A stretch of DNA of 23,423 nt from the NCBI GenBank assembly GCA_964619725.1, contig CAZUFC010000126.1:1-23423 (forward strand). The letters run 5' to 3'. This document shows positions 1 to 11,111 of the stretch, one piece after another. The notes below the pieces were generated by a model, which made no database searches, was not told the DNA's origin, and saw only the letters and a list, made by a program, of their open reading frames with translations. Position 1 is the first letter of the stretch. The number at the start of each line of letters is the position of its first letter. The translations under genes were made by a program, and so were the position numbers. The DNA is from an uncultured bacterium (GTDB lineage: Bacteria > CSSED10-310 > CAZUFC01).

Positions 1-45
1 AGCATTAAATTTTGAATCGACAATCGAGTTTATGGACAGGCACTA
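1..45. repeat. Short dispersed repeat with terminal inverted repeats, left copy (truncated at window start)
   Basis: Bases 1-41 match 23383-23423 at 39/41 positions. TGGACAGGCACT (33-44) is the inverted repeat of AGTGACTGTCCA (23372-23383) at 11/12. Confidence 0.9.
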
Positions 46-96
46 ATTAAGAAGCTTTGAAAATATGATCAGACCGACACATATCTCCAGGTAATT

Positions 97-206
97 ATTT
101 TGTTGCGATACCGACCCCGAAACAAACGGCCCTTGATGAATATAACGGGTGATTTCAATCATTTAAGCGCTTCATGAAAAAATGTAATCCCCGTTTGATC
201 AGTCCC
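97..206 (-). repeat. Partial copy of the GGGACTGATCAAA MITE-like repeat family
   Basis: The reverse complement of 183-206 (GGGACTGATCAAACGGGGATTACA) closely matches 10476-10499 and 18770-18793. The reverse complement of 97-120 matches 18835-18858 at 21/24. Confidence 0.75.
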
Positions 207-303
207 AGGAAAAATTAATCTCTCCCCCTCCATAGAACCAACCAACGATTCAAATTATAAATACGCCAAGGCCCCGACGAACAGAAGTCAATGCCTGCTA
301 AAC

Positions 304-354
304 GTCCTTTCAGTCCCTTAGGTCCCTTAAGTCCCTTTGTCCCTTTGTCCTTTC
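304..354 (+). repeat. Short tandem repeat, six units of GTCC(C/T)TT(N1-2)
   Basis: gtcctttca gtcccttag gtcccttaa gtcccttt gtcccttt gtcctttc read directly from the sequence. Confidence 0.9.
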
Positions 355-431
355 CCAGGCAAAGGCACAACAGAACCGAACCAAAGAGCAGCATAATTAG
401 AAAGGCATTGTCACCCTGTTGAGTATATTTT

Positions 432-521
432 TTAACGATTTCTCCTTATGGAACAACCCGTAAGAGCAGCTCCGAGCATCAGGATCAAAGCGACGATACC
501 GGCGGCGCTGAAAGTTGGAAT
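432..521 (-). other. IPTL-CTERM-like protein sorting signal ([29 protein letters not shown])
   Basis: IPT[L/F] motif, transmembrane helix and basic tail at the extreme C-terminus after a Pro/Thr linker, which is the IPTL-CTERM architecture. Confidence 0.85.
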
Positions 522-3500
522 AGGCATGGGAGTCGGAACGACGGTATTGGTTGGGGTAGGTGAAATAGGGGTAGAAGTGGGTGAATATGTTGGGACAGGC
601 GTCATGGTGGCGGTGGGAGAGAGTGTTGGAGTAGAGGAGAGCGTCGGGGTAGCGGACAGCGTGGGAGTAGGCGAAACGGTAGGAGTAGAGCTGAGCGTAG
701 GAGAAGGCGTAACCGTGGGAGTAGGAGTTACGGTAGGCGTAATGAGTTCGAAATCCTGATTGGTCAGAATATTGCTTTCCACTTCGAGGCCATAGAGAGT
801 TTGCGGAACATAACCGGTCGCTCCGGCCGTCACGTCGTAGGAGCCGTTGGGAATGCGGTGTATTTCGTAGTACCCGTTGGAATCGCTGCCGTCCGGATCG
901 GAATAACCGCCGCCGGCCGTCACGGAAGCGCCCTGAATAGGATTGAGGGAGCCGGCTTCCCTGACGAAACCGGTGATGCCTCCGCCGACGTGGAAAGTCC
1001 AGTTCCAGCCGGGTTCGTCGTAGATTATTCCTTCGTAATCGTTCGCATCATGAGTTTCAACGGTCAATTGAATATCCGGAGCGCCGGCGGGAATCTGCCA
1101 GTACCAGGAATGGAACCCGTCTTCATTGTGATCAAGCGTGACTTCCCAATCTTCTCCGGCGGCATGACTGTCGTATTCCGCCGTACCCGTATCGCCGTCA
1201 GTATCGATTTTCAAGGTATAAACCAGATCGAAAGCGTAAAAAGGATGCGGGTTCTCGCCTCTTACTCTGATTTGAGCCGTTTCGCCCGGATAGAACACGT
1301 TCGTCTCCTGATCGCTCATGTTCAGTATGGTGACTGTTTGAACTCTGGGATCGACGTCGAATGTATAACCTTCGCAGACATGCGGCAATTCGGGCGCAGC
1401 CTGGTCGGCCTGTTCCTGGCTTTCCGCGCAGACGAATATGCTGGAATCGGCCAGCGTCAAAACCGCGAGCGAATTTGTACTGACGACGTAATGACCGCCG
1501 TTGAAATGCTGCGTCGTGATCGAGAATGTGTTGGTGGCCGAACCGCCCGGATTGATGTTCAAATATCCGGGATCGAATGAGAATCCATATGTGCCGCTCG
1601 GTATGATGTCGTCCAGTTCAGCGATCAGATGTCCGTTGATGAAAAGGTCTATGTAGTGCGGCCTTACGTTGGACCGCGGCTGAAACGTGGTGTAAATGAC
1701 AGCGGTTTCCACGCCTTCTATCGCTCCCACATTAACGTCGAATTGCATCGAAATGGAAGGCCGGTTGGTGCAGAACCAGTTGGCCATGGGGTAACACAGT
1801 TCCGTTCCGGCAACTGTAACCTCCCATAACTGCCTGGGCGCTTCGCAATTGAATTCAAGCGGCAGAGAGACCTCTTCCCCGGCTGCAGCAGCCATAATTT
1901 CTCCTGAAAGAGAAGGTTGGCCTTCTTCAAACAGCGGTTCAACTTCAAAATCAATATGTTCGCTGGATTGCAGCAGGTAGTGATCGATTCTGGGAATGAA
2001 GAGCACATGCCCGAGCAAATCAGCGCCTGCCGACACAGAAAGGTCGGTGAGCGGATCGCCGGAATTGCTGACGCGGCATGATTTTACTTCAGTAACCGGG
2101 TCTTCGGATTCCTCGGTCAGCGAAAACGCGACATAAGGCCAGGTCACGCAAACCGTCGTAGGCGCCGTATCGGTAATCGGATCGCCCGTTTCATCAGCGA
2201 CAAGCGATATGACCAGATCATCGAAACAGACTTCGACCTTGCCCTCCCCGTCATTTTGAACGACATCCTGCGCATGTATCACCAGTTCGATATCCCTGGT
2301 TTCTCCCGCTGCCAGCGCTACCGTTTCATCTTCGCTTCCGGGACCCACGAAGTTGACTATAAGCGATTCATGAGGATTCTCAATATGCAGTTCAACCGTA
2401 TGGCTGACAGTATCTTCGTTGTGCACGCCGACCCAGACATGCTGATCGTAGTCGCGTTCCACCGTGAATGAGTAGCTCTCTTGAGTGAAAACTACCCCGT
2501 TGCCGACAGTGAAGGTCCAGACAGGTGATGTGTAATCGCCGCAGAGCGATTCGGCTCGGATGTACCATTCGTAAGTTACGTTGCGTGTAAGTTGATCCAG
2601 TTCGATCATGTGGACCGTTTCAGCGGTCGCCACAGGCAGTTCTATGTATCCAGCCGCTCCAGATTCGCGGTAAAACAGGCTCGTATCTGAAGTCACTGAA
2701 GTATTCCAGCTCAACGTAACCTCGTTGCTGCCGGTAGTCGTTCCATTGACCGGATTCCTCTGGGTTATTTCCACGCTGCCGGTAACTTCCAGAGTTGCTG
2801 AATCGACATAGGGTTCGCTCAATTGCAGGGATGTCGCTGTCACGTCGAAAGCATAGGACCCAACGGCGGAACATTCATCCGGCACAGTCACGCTTATCGT
2901 CGCTTCGCCGGTTTCTCCTGCATTAAGGACCAGCGGATTCGGCGAAAGATCATACCAGGCGCCGGAAAGCGATCCGGAAAGGTTCAGAGCGAACGTATCC
3001 GGACCCAGGTTCCCGTTGTGCACTTGAACCGTAAAGTCTGTTTCGGTTCCTACCGCCGTTTCTTTATGTTCCGGTTCGACGTTTAATGAAATAGCTCCGG
3101 GGCAATACACTATCGGCGCATTGCGCAGAGCCGTGTTGTTCATTTCATTCGATTCCATAACTTCGTCGGCGACATCGGCCTCAACCGAAATGACCGTATC
3201 GCATGCCGCAGTCCAGGCGATTGAAACCGTGACGGAACCGTCAGGATTTAAAGGTCCGCCGGCCTGATCCGTGCCGATCTGCAAAGGTCCCGACCCGTCG
3301 TCCGCATAAAACCTCACGGAAAATGTCCCGGAAGAGGCATTGCCGAAATTATGAACGGTCGCCTCAATCGTCGTCGCTTCATTCTCTTCCGGATAAGAAG
3401 GAATGAAGGAAATGTCCTGGCTGCGTACGGCCAGGTCAGGCGCCGGCGTCGGTGAACTCGTGACCGTGGGCGTCGGCGTTTTCGTGCCGATCTGAGTCGG

Positions 3501-6500
3501 CGTCGGCGTCGACGTAGAGATCGGACTGGGCGTTCTTGTCGGCGTCAGAGTCGCGGTCGGCGATAATGTGACTGTCGGCGTTAGAGTGGCAGTTTCCGTG
3601 GGCGTCTGTGTCGATGTTTGCGTGGGGGTCAGTGTGCCTCCATAAGTCGTCGCAACGACTTCTTCACCCTCTACTGAATAAGATGGCAGTACAGCGTCAT
3701 ACGCGAATATGCGATAATAAAAGGTTTCGTTTGGAGTGAGGCCGGTGTCGGTCCAGGGAGAGGTTGAATGATCGTCAGCGCCTTTGTATACGATTTCCAC
3801 TCCGGGGGAAACTTCTGAACCGGTTGCCGCATGATAATGCTGTCTTTCTGATGGTCTCCAAGTGATGCCGGCGTCGGATCGAGCGATGATAACGCCCGCG
3901 AAATCATTGACGGGCGGATTATTCCAGGTCAGACTGACCGATGTCGCTGACGTTGCATCTACAGAAAATTCCATCGTATCCGGCGGTGCGCTTTTCGCTG
4001 ACTGATTGTTGGGATAATAGTATACGCCGTTGTTTCCGCCATAAAGAATATCCTTCTTTCCGTCGTCGTTCCAGTCGCAGATATCTACTTCATAACGCAC
4101 TTCAAGATTGCCGTAGGAGCCGGGAATATAACCCTCATCAATCAAGACGGGAGAGCCCGGAACGCCATGATTTCGGTAATTCTTCAGATAATCCCATCCT
4201 GGCCCTGAAATAACTAAGAAATCGGGGTCGCCGTCTTCTTCGTAATCCCAGATGTGAGGGCACTCCCAACCATTGGATGGAATAGGAGATTCATATCCCG
4301 GCCATCCGTAATGCAACATAGTCGGCACAAAGTGGAAGTCCGGGTCTGCGTCTGTGCCCTGGTTCAAATAAACATATTGATGATGATAAGCATTGACGAA
4401 AAGGTCCTTCTTGCCGTCGGAATTCCAGTCAGCAGTCTCAATGGGACGCGAGCGCCTGGGTCCCAGATCGTAATAACCTGCTGTCAGCTTCTGCGGTTCG
4501 GCGAATACCGGATCGTAGTTTTCTCCGATATTGAGGAACAGATATATATCCCCTCTGTCGTCATAATCCGGATTCGTTACAAGCAGGTCCTTCTTCCCGT
4601 CATTGTCCCAATCCACAATTTCCGGACTCAGGTAACTCCAATACTCAAAACCGATCCAGCGGCCCGATTCCGTCGTCAAAACGAGCTGTTTCGTCATTTT
4701 TTCATCCCCAGCCTCGCCAGAGTTGAATATCACATAATGCTTGCCGTTCCAGCCGCAGTTCAAAAGAAGGTCCTGACGGCCGTTTTCATCCCAATCAACG
4801 ATTCGTGGAACTTTGCTGATGTTGAAAATGCTTGTTTCCTCGTTGCCGGGAACATAATGCCCCTCTTTATAGACCCGTTCCGCATTTGTGCCTTTATTGG
4901 GATAATAGACGATGTTATCCATCCGCGTCGAAGTAATCAGGTCTTCATTTGCGTCCCCGTCGATGTCTCTGAATTCATAATGATTATCCCACTCCATAAC
5001 GACCACGCCGTAGGAATCGTAAAGCAATGTTTCCTCAGAGAAGGATGGATTTGCATCACTGCCCACATTCTCGAAAAGGACCAGACGAGTAGAATTTTGA
5101 TTTCCTTTTACCAGAAGGTCCTTCTTGCCGTCTACATCCCAGTCGGTCACCCAGGGTTCAGCCTGATATCCCATATCTATTTCTGAATAGCCGACATGAA
5201 TGGCTGTGCCTTCAGCTAGCTCCGGATCGGTTTGCGAACCCGAATTGATGAACAGATGTACCCTTCCGTCATTCGCTCCCACGACAAGATCGTCTTTGCC
5301 GTCATTATTCCAGTCTACGGGAAAAGGATCGGCTTCATGGCCCACGTCAAGCATTCCATATCCTGCTTCAAGGTTTACGCCTGACAGGAACGCAGGATTA
5401 GTATCAGAGCCATGATTTTCATAGTAGATGACCCCTCCATCACCCTTACCGACAAGTAAATCCCTGTTTCCATCGGCATTCCAATCAAAATGCAACGGTA
5501 CGGAGGCAGTTCCAGCATCGATGTAACCGTAAACGTTTTGCAGACGTGAACAATCCTGCAGTTTAGGCTCCTGCGACGTTCCGATATTCATGCAAAGCCA
5601 GATATATCCTAGCCAGTCGCCGGACAATACATCAAGCTTCCCGTCGTTATCCCAGTCAGTCATGCTGAATTTATAATTGTTCCCCGTTCCGCTTGAATCA
5701 ATTATAAATGCGTCACGTTTAATTTCAATTTTTTCATCGAACTCAGGAGGTCCCGCCGGCCCGGGAGTGGGAGTATCCGTCGGCAGAGGGGTATCGCTCG
5801 GCAGAGGACTGGGCGTCGGCGTCGGGGTGTCTCCTGAAGCCAGAGTATTCACTTCGACGCCATCAGTCGAGTAAGAGGGAAGCACGGCGTCATAGGCGAA
5901 GGCCCGGTAATGGTAAACGTGTCCGGGCATCAGACCGGCATCGGTCCAGGGTGTCGTCGAGTGATCGTCATCACCCTTGTAAACGATCTCCAGGCCGGGC
6001 GAAACCTCAGCCCCGGTTCCCGCGTGATAATGCTGCGCATCAGAAGGCCGCCATACAATCGGAGACAGTGAACGCACGATAATAACGCCCGCGAAATCGT
6101 TCACTGCGGGATTCGTCCAGGTTAAACTCGCCGTCGTCTCTGAGGCCCCGGCGACGCTGAATGAACCCACTTCCGGCGGCGCGGTCATTCCGGCCTGTTG
6201 GTTGGGGTAGAGCAGTACGCCTATGTCCTGTCCGATTATCAGGTCCTTTCTGCCGTCTTCATCCCAATCCGCCACATCCGCAAAAGCTACGCTTTCGCCG
6301 TCAACATAACCGTATGCGGACATGAGATATCCGGCGTCTACCAGTTGCGGATTCCCGATAGACCCCTCGTTGTTGTACATGTGAAGCCTGTCTCGGCGCT
6401 GATTCGTTACCATGATGACGTCAGGGTCCGCATCTTCTTCGTAATCCCACACTCTCACCGTGCAATAAGGCGAACCGGGCAGATAATTCCCGTATCCGGC

Positions 6501-9500
6501 TCCATACCTCAGCAGACTTCCCGATGAAAAAGCCGGCGCTGCATCCGTGCCCTCATTTAAAAAGACATACTGGTAGGTGCCGTAAGTACCCCAGTGATCG
6601 GTCCCCAACAGCAGGTCTTTTTTACCGTCGGAATTCCAGTCGATCGTCTCTATGCCTTTTGTCGACTTGGGTCCTATATCCGCATAGCCGTCCGTCAGTT
6701 TATAAGGAGAACCGAATTCTGGATCGTAATTCTCTCCGGAGTTAAGATAAATATACACGTCGCCGTTCTGACTATAATCCCTGTGGGGCGCCAGTATATC
6801 CTTTTTGCCGTCATTATCCCAGTCAATCACTTCAGGCGTCATATACTCGAACCAGCCGCCTTCAAAACCTACAAGCTCTCCGGTCGTCGTCGTCAGCCTG
6901 CGCTGTCGCGTCAGTTTGTGCTCGGCTGTCGTTCCCGTATTGAACACCACATAATGACTGCCGTTTCTGCTTGTATTGAAAAATATATCCTTTAATCCAT
7001 CCTCATCCCAGTCCACAACGCGAGGAATCTTCGCATACCTGAACATCATAGTCGGTTCATCCCCGGGAACATAAAAAGCTTCATCGTAAATACGAGCGGC
7101 ATTAGTCCCTTTGTTGGGATAATACATCACCGCGCCGATATCATTGGCTATCGCCAGGTCCTCCCTGCCGTCGCCGTTCCAGTCCGCGAACGCCCATACA
7201 TCCTCTTCATTCAAGGGAATGGCGCTGTTTCCTCCGAAAAGATGCGTCTGATCCTCAAATACCGGAGCGCTGTCTGTTCCCACATTCTCAAACCACCATA
7301 ATTTAGACTCATTATTGCCGCCGGAAACCAGCAGGTCCTTCTTGCCGTCTCCGTTCCAGTCCGTTACCCAGGGCTTGGCGTTACTGCCTATGTCCAGTCC
7401 TGTGCCGTTCACCTGGACAAGGGCGCCGGAGTCCAACTGAGGGGATGATGAGCTGCCGACGTTCAAATACAAGTGAACTTTGCCGTCGCCGGCTCCAACC
7501 AGCAGATCATTTTTGCCGTTGTTGTTCCAGTCTGTCACGAAAGGATTGGAATTGTAGCCGACATCCAGCGTTCCGTAGCCTGCAGAGAGATTGGAACCGG
7601 AATTAAAGGAGGGTGAACCGTCGGTCCCGTAATTTTGATAATAAACCACCCGGCCGTCCGAATTGCCTATAAGAAGGTCTCTTTTTGCGTCTCCATTCCA
7701 GTCGGTATGTACGGGCGCTGAAGACCACCAGCCTACGTCCAGGTCGCTGTAGTTCGCCTGCAGAAGATACGCATCGTCCAGCTTCGGCTCGCTTGCCGTA
7801 CCGCTGTTCATGCATACCCAAACGCGACCGTCGTGATGACCCGAAATAAGGTCCTTCAAACCGTCGTTATCCCAATCCGTCACCCAGGGCGACCAGCCGT
7901 TCTGTCCTGATATGCGATAAGCCTCACGCTTTATTTCCAGCGGCTCACCGAATTCAGGCGGTCCGGCAGGCCCGGGAGTCGGCGTATCAGTCGGTAAAGG
8001 CGTATCGGTCGCTGTAGGACTGGGACCGGGCGTCGGCGTATCGCCCGACGTCAATGTATCAACCTGGACCCCGTTTACTGAATAAGAGGGTAAAACAAGA
8101 TCATACGTGAAAATGCGATAGTAATAATGATGACCAGGCGTAAGTCCCGTATCGGTCCAGGGGGTCGAGGAATGATCGTCCGAACCCTTGTAAACCACTT
8201 CTATGCCCGGAGAAACTTCTACTCCCGGCACGACATGATAATGCTGCCTGTCCGACGGCTTCCACTCAATGGAAGACTCCGAACGCACTATGACGACTCC
8301 CGCAAAATCATCGTCCGAAGGATTCTGCCACGTCAATCCCACACTGTAATCCGATACCGTGTCCACGCTGAAAACACTCGCCTCGCCCGAAGACGTCATA
8401 TTCGTCTGGCTGTTGGGATGAAAGAATATTCCTGCCCGGCGGACACTCAGTATATCCTTTTTCCCGTCTTCGTCCCAGTCCACGACCTCCAGCTCGGAAT
8501 CCCAGCTCGCACCTATGTAGCCGTAACCTGCTTCCACTCGTCCCGCTTCCTCCAGGTGCGGCGTTCCGGGAACGCCGGTATTGACGTAGTGCGTGTAATA
8601 ATCGGAATCATCATCGGTTCTTATTATTATGTCTATGTCTCCGTCTTCTTCATAATCCCAGGCGTGAGTCTTCCCTTCATACGGTCCCAGTATGGGTTCC
8701 GCATACCCCGACGAGTATTCCATGATTACGTTTCCGGAATCGAACGAAGGATTCGCGTCCGTCCCATTGTTTACATAAACGTGGTGATAATATCCGTTGC
8801 TGCTGTGTCTTTCCCGGGCGCCCAGAAGCAAATCCTTCTTGCCGTCCGCATTCCAGTCCGCTATCTCAATCGCCCTAACTCCCTCAGGACCCAGATCGCC
8901 GTATCCCGCAGTCAGCTTCTGCCCATCCGCAAACTCAGGCAAATAATTTTCATTGACGTTAAGATACAAATAAATGTCGCCCGCATCATTGGAGTGGTCA
9001 TTGGGAATAAGGATATCCTTCTTGCCGTCGTTGTTCCAGTCGATTATCGCAAATGAGGAGTATCCCCAATGGGTTCCCAGATTCTCCCCGTTTGCCGTGC
9101 ACAAGGACAACTGCTTCTCAAATTTAGGCGTGGCCGAAGTTCCTGTATTAAAAACGACATAATGACGGTTGTAATAATTGTGAGGACTTACCACTAAATC
9201 CTTGTCTCCGTCTTCATCCCAATCGACCGTCCTCATCGATTTGTTGCTGTAAAATATCGCTCCGCCTTCATCGCCGGGAATATATACCGCTTCCTTAAAC
9301 TCCCGGGCAGCATTCGTTCCCTTGTTCGGATAATACATCGCATAGCCTTTGGCGCTTACCTTTACCACATCTTCCGCCCCGTCACCGTTGATGTCCGTAA
9401 AAGAAAACGTCCCCCGGAAACTGTTTACCGGCACAAATCCGTCTTCGTTAAAGATGACGGTTTCCGCCGTAAATGACGGCGAAGCATCCGTTCCCGTGTT

Positions 9501-10292
9501 TAAAAAGGCCGATACCCTGTCCGGAGATGTCCCGTAACAGAGAAGGTCCTTTTTGTCGTCGCCGTTCCAGTCCGTCACCCACGGTACGGAATTATTTCCC
9601 ATGTCTATTGTACCGTATCCGACTGTCAGAGCCGTCCCGGAGGACAACTGCGGCGAAGAATTCGTGCCGACATTTAAATATAAATAAATATGCCCGGAAG
9701 ACTCCCCTAAAAGCAAATCATCCTTTCCGTCATTGTTCCAGTCGACTATGAAAGGTACGGCATCGTAACCCACGTCCAAAGCGCTGTAATTCGCCTGAAG
9801 ATCGGTTCCCGACGTAAATTGAGGACTCCCGGATGAGCCCGTGTTTTTGTAAAATTTTACATTTCCCGAACCGGTTCCGACCAGCAAGTCCTTTAAGCCG
9901 TCTGCATCCCAATCCCACATGAATGGGGCTGATTCATAACCCACGTCCAAATCGGAATACCCGACCTGAACAGCCGTTGAGTCCTGAAAAGCAGGCTCCG
10001 TCTCCGTTCCATTGTTTATGTTCAACAAAACATGGCCTTCCCAGTAACCCGACAACAAATCATATTTGCCGTCATCATTCCAGTCGCTTGTGCAGATTGA
10101 TACAGGATTGTCGCCATACACCCGTATGCATTCACGCTTTATTTCAATCTCTTCACCCAGTTCAGGAGGACCCGCTCTGTCGCGGTCGCCGGTCCTGCCT
10201 GCCAATGCCGCCTTCTCTTCTCCAAAAACCGCAGGAATTAAGGTTATAATCAGCGCCGATAATATAAAAATTCTCAGTAATTTTGTCGTCAT
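432..10292 (-). CDS. Giant cell-surface protein (3286 aa): signal peptide, 3 x [10 FG-GAP/VCBS-like repeats + FN3 + Pro/Thr linker], CARDB, Ig/FN3-like domains, carboxypeptidase regulatory-like domain, Pro/Thr stalk, IPTL-CTERM-like signal
   Basis: Uninterrupted 9.86-kb ORF with an N-terminal basic+hydrophobic signal. It has 30 DWxxDGxxDLL-type motifs, FN3 motifs (LTWxNP...WTDTGL.P...YYYRIF), a CARDB start ([12 protein letters not shown]), [21 protein letters not shown]...[12 protein letters not shown], and ends IPTF-TM-RRNR. Confidence 0.95.
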   Translation of the reverse strand: MTTKLLRIFILSALIITLIPAVFGEEKAALAGRTGDRDRAGPPELGEEIEIKRECIRVYGDNPVSICTSDWNDDGKYDLLSGYWEGHVLLNINNGTETEPAFQDSTAVQVGYSDLDVGYESAPFMWDWDADGLKDLLVGTGSGNVKFYKNTGSSGSPQFTSGTDLQANYSALDVGYDAVPFIVDWNNDGKDDLLLGESSGHIYLYLNVGTNSSPQLSSGTALTVGYGTIDMGNNSVPWVTDWNGDDKKDLLCYGTSPDRVSAFLNTGTDASPSFTAETVIFNEDGFVPVNSFRGTFSFTDINGDGAEDVVKVSAKGYAMYYPNKGTNAAREFKEAVYIPGDEGGAIFYSNKSMRTVDWDEDGDKDLVVSPHNYYNRHYVVFNTGTSATPKFEKQLSLCTANGENLGTHWGYSSFAIIDWNNDGKKDILIPNDHSNDAGDIYLYLNVNENYLPEFADGQKLTAGYGDLGPEGVRAIEIADWNADGKKDLLLGARERHSSNGYYHHVYVNNGTDANPSFDSGNVIMEYSSGYAEPILGPYEGKTHAWDYEEDGDIDIIIRTDDDSDYYTHYVNTGVPGTPHLEEAGRVEAGYGYIGASWDSELEVVDWDEDGKKDILSVRRAGIFFHPNSQTNMTSSGEASVFSVDTVSDYSVGLTWQNPSDDDFAGVVIVRSESSIEWKPSDRQHYHVVPGVEVSPGIEVVYKGSDDHSSTPWTDTGLTPGHHYYYRIFTYDLVLPSYSVNGVQVDTLTSGDTPTPGPSPTATDTPLPTDTPTPGPAGPPEFGEPLEIKREAYRISGQNGWSPWVTDWDNDGLKDLISGHHDGRVWVCMNSGTASEPKLDDAYLLQANYSDLDVGWWSSAPVHTDWNGDAKRDLLIGNSDGRVVYYQNYGTDGSPSFNSGSNLSAGYGTLDVGYNSNPFVTDWNNNGKNDLLVGAGDGKVHLYLNVGSSSSPQLDSGALVQVNGTGLDIGSNAKPWVTDWNGDGKKDLLVSGGNNESKLWWFENVGTDSAPVFEDQTHLFGGNSAIPLNEEDVWAFADWNGDGREDLAIANDIGAVMYYPNKGTNAARIYDEAFYVPGDEPTMMFRYAKIPRVVDWDEDGLKDIFFNTSRNGSHYVVFNTGTTAEHKLTRQRRLTTTTGELVGFEGGWFEYMTPEVIDWDNDGKKDILAPHRDYSQNGDVYIYLNSGENYDPEFGSPYKLTDGYADIGPKSTKGIETIDWNSDGKKDLLLGTDHWGTYGTYQYVFLNEGTDAAPAFSSGSLLRYGAGYGNYLPGSPYCTVRVWDYEEDADPDVIMVTNQRRDRLHMYNNEGSIGNPQLVDAGYLMSAYGYVDGESVAFADVADWDEDGRKDLIIGQDIGVLLYPNQQAGMTAPPEVGSFSVAGASETTASLTWTNPAVNDFAGVIIVRSLSPIVWRPSDAQHYHAGTGAEVSPGLEIVYKGDDDHSTTPWTDAGLMPGHVYHYRAFAYDAVLPSYSTDGVEVNTLASGDTPTPTPSPLPSDTPLPTDTPTPGPAGPPEFDEKIEIKRDAFIIDSSGTGNNYKFSMTDWDNDGKLDVLSGDWLGYIWLCMNIGTSQEPKLQDCSRLQNVYGYIDAGTASVPLHFDWNADGNRDLLVGKGDGGVIYYENHGSDTNPAFLSGVNLEAGYGMLDVGHEADPFPVDWNNDGKDDLVVGANDGRVHLFINSGSQTDPELAEGTAIHVGYSEIDMGYQAEPWVTDWDVDGKKDLLVKGNQNSTRLVLFENVGSDANPSFSEETLLYDSYGVVVMEWDNHYEFRDIDGDANEDLITSTRMDNIVYYPNKGTNAERVYKEGHYVPGNEETSIFNISKVPRIVDWDENGRQDLLLNCGWNGKHYVIFNSGEAGDEKMTKQLVLTTESGRWIGFEYWSYLSPEIVDWDNDGKKDLLVTNPDYDDRGDIYLFLNIGENYDPVFAEPQKLTAGYYDLGPRRSRPIETADWNSDGKKDLFVNAYHHQYVYLNQGTDADPDFHFVPTMLHYGWPGYESPIPSNGWECPHIWDYEEDGDPDFLVISGPGWDYLKNYRNHGVPGSPVLIDEGYIPGSYGNLEVRYEVDICDWNDDGKKDILYGGNNGVYYYPNNQSAKSAPPDTMEFSVDATSATSVSLTWNNPPVNDFAGVIIARSDAGITWRPSERQHYHAATGSEVSPGVEIVYKGADDHSTSPWTDTGLTPNETFYYRIFAYDAVLPSYSVEGEEVVATTYGGTLTPTQTSTQTPTETATLTPTVTLSPTATLTPTRTPSPISTSTPTPTQIGTKTPTPTVTSSPTPAPDLAVRSQDISFIPSYPEENEATTIEATVHNFGNASSGTFSVRFYADDGSGPLQIGTDQAGGPLNPDGSVTVSIAWTAACDTVISVEADVADEVMESNEMNNTALRNAPIVYCPGAISLNVEPEHKETAVGTETDFTVQVHNGNLGPDTFALNLSGSLSGAWYDLSPNPLVLNAGETGEATISVTVPDECSAVGSYAFDVTATSLQLSEPYVDSATLEVTGSVEITQRNPVNGTTTGSNEVTLSWNTSVTSDTSLFYRESGAAGYIELPVATAETVHMIELDQLTRNVTYEWYIRAESLCGDYTSPVWTFTVGNGVVFTQESYSFTVERDYDQHVWVGVHNEDTVSHTVELHIENPHESLIVNFVGPGSEDETVALAAGETRDIELVIHAQDVVQNDGEGKVEVCFDDLVISLVADETGDPITDTAPTTVCVTWPYVAFSLTEESEDPVTEVKSCRVSNSGDPLTDLSVSAGADLLGHVLFIPRIDHYLLQSSEHIDFEVEPLFEEGQPSLSGEIMAAAAGEEVSLPLEFNCEAPRQLWEVTVAGTELCYPMANWFCTNRPSISMQFDVNVGAIEGVETAVIYTTFQPRSNVRPHYIDLFINGHLIAELDDIIPSGTYGFSFDPGYLNINPGGSATNTFSITTQHFNGGHYVVSTNSLAVLTLADSSIFVCAESQEQADQAAPELPHVCEGYTFDVDPRVQTVTILNMSDQETNVFYPGETAQIRVRGENPHPFYAFDLVYTLKIDTDGDTGTAEYDSHAAGEDWEVTLDHNEDGFHSWYWQIPAGAPDIQLTVETHDANDYEGIIYDEPGWNWTFHVGGGITGFVREAGSLNPIQGASVTAGGGYSDPDGSDSNGYYEIHRIPNGSYDVTAGATGYVPQTLYGLEVESNILTNQDFELITPTVTPTPTVTPSPTLSSTPTVSPTPTLSATPTLSSTPTLSPTATMTPVPTYSPTSTPISPTPTNTVVPTPMPIPTFSAAGIVALILMLGAALTGCSIRRNR
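3640..10175 (-). repeat. Three tandem intragenic modules with a period of ~2210 bp (~737 aa)
   Basis: AGPPE(L/F)xExxEIKR recurs at ~10175, ~7967 and ~5756. Each module ends in a near-identical FN3 segment (HYH...EVSPG.E.VYKG.DDHS..PWTD.GL.P). Confidence 0.95.
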
Positions 10293-10475
10293 CTGTTACC
10301 CCCTGTTAAAAATGCAGACCCAATGGATCCTCATTCCTTTTTAATAATCACGGCAGGCCATGTCAAATCAGCCCCTGAAAAGATTCCGCTGACCCGTTGT
10401 CCGTTTAATTGTCGTCAGGCTTAGGCAGAATCGGACATCCTTTCCCTTTCAGAATCCACAGGTATAATAAGTTCA

Positions 10476-10519
10476 GGGACTGATCAAATAGGGATTACAC
10501 TTTTTGGCATTGATCAAAA
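10476..10519 (+). repeat. GGGACTGATCAAA-family repeat end followed by GGCATTGATCAAAA
   Basis: GGGACTGATCAAATAGGGATTACAC at 10476-10500. GGCATTGATCAAAA at 10506-10519 equals the reverse complement of 18899-18912. Confidence 0.75.
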
Positions 10520-10700
10520 TTAAGCCTTTCGAGGTTTCAATTCGATGAGTGCGCAATTTGCAAAAGGCCGTGAGACATCATGAATTCAATACGTATTTGT
10601 GGTTCCGTAAGAAGAAAAACAACCCCCGATACGCTAATGTCCATGCTTCGTCGCGAGCGACTTGCAGCGCCATAAGCGTATCTTTCCCCTTTACTGGGTC

Positions 10701-10800
10701 CGTTGATTAATCGAATATGAGGACTATTCCAAACCATAAGAAACATCATCATGACTCCACATTGAAACAGAACTCATGTTTGAATTTCGATTAATCAACG
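10701..10800. repeat. 100-bp segment bounded by a perfect 15-bp inverted repeat (MITE-like)
   Basis: CGTTGATTAATCGAA (10701-10715) and TTCGATTAATCAACG (10786-10800). Confidence 0.75.
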
Positions 10801-10847
10801 CTCTTCTGCCGGATTTAGCCCGGGCAAAGCATCCAGGACTTTTAAAA

Positions 10848-10891
10848 AATCAAAGTATTAGTTATCAGTGTTTTTCGCATTTCACGGGCCA
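10848..10891 (-). promoter_or_regulatory. Possible sigma54-type -24/-12 element and IHF-consensus site
   Basis: Minus-strand TGGCCCGTGAAATGC (10891-10877) has GG-N10-GC spacing. AATCAAAGTATTA (10848-10860) fits WATCAANNNNTTR. The site is ~580 bp from the start codon, so it is uncertain. Confidence 0.25.
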
Positions 10892-11111
10892 GGGCTAATT
10901 TGCCGGAAAATCCGCGGAAATCCTACTTTTGTGAACCCCTAAATCCATAAACCTCGTATGCTGATGGAATTAGTCGCTAAAAGTGTTATGATTAAATATG
11001 CCGTCACTTGGCGAGCTGGTAAGTAAAAGAGCGAGGCAGCGGAATTTTCCCTCGCAGAAAAGAATTTGAACAACATGCTGCCCGTTGTCAGCCTGAAGAA
11101 AGGAGAAGGCG

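Noticed and set aside
304-354. CRISPR array or other regularly spaced repeat array
   Set aside because: Units are 8-9 bp with no spacers. No 23-47-bp regularly spaced repeats or cas genes were seen anywhere in the window.
3640-10175. Diversity-generating retroelement template/variable repeats
   Set aside because: The repeats are in-frame protein modules differing at all four bases, and no reverse transcriptase is present.
448-10344. Many 60-310-aa ORFs antisense to or out of frame within the giant gene, and similar ones inside the other CDSs
   Set aside because: These are shadow ORFs from codon bias and repeats, with no recognisable motifs.
10340-10450. Riboswitch in the leader of the giant gene
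   Set aside because: Some pairing potential exists, but I could not match c-di-GMP, cobalamin, SAM or TPP consensus motifs. An Rfam scan would settle it.
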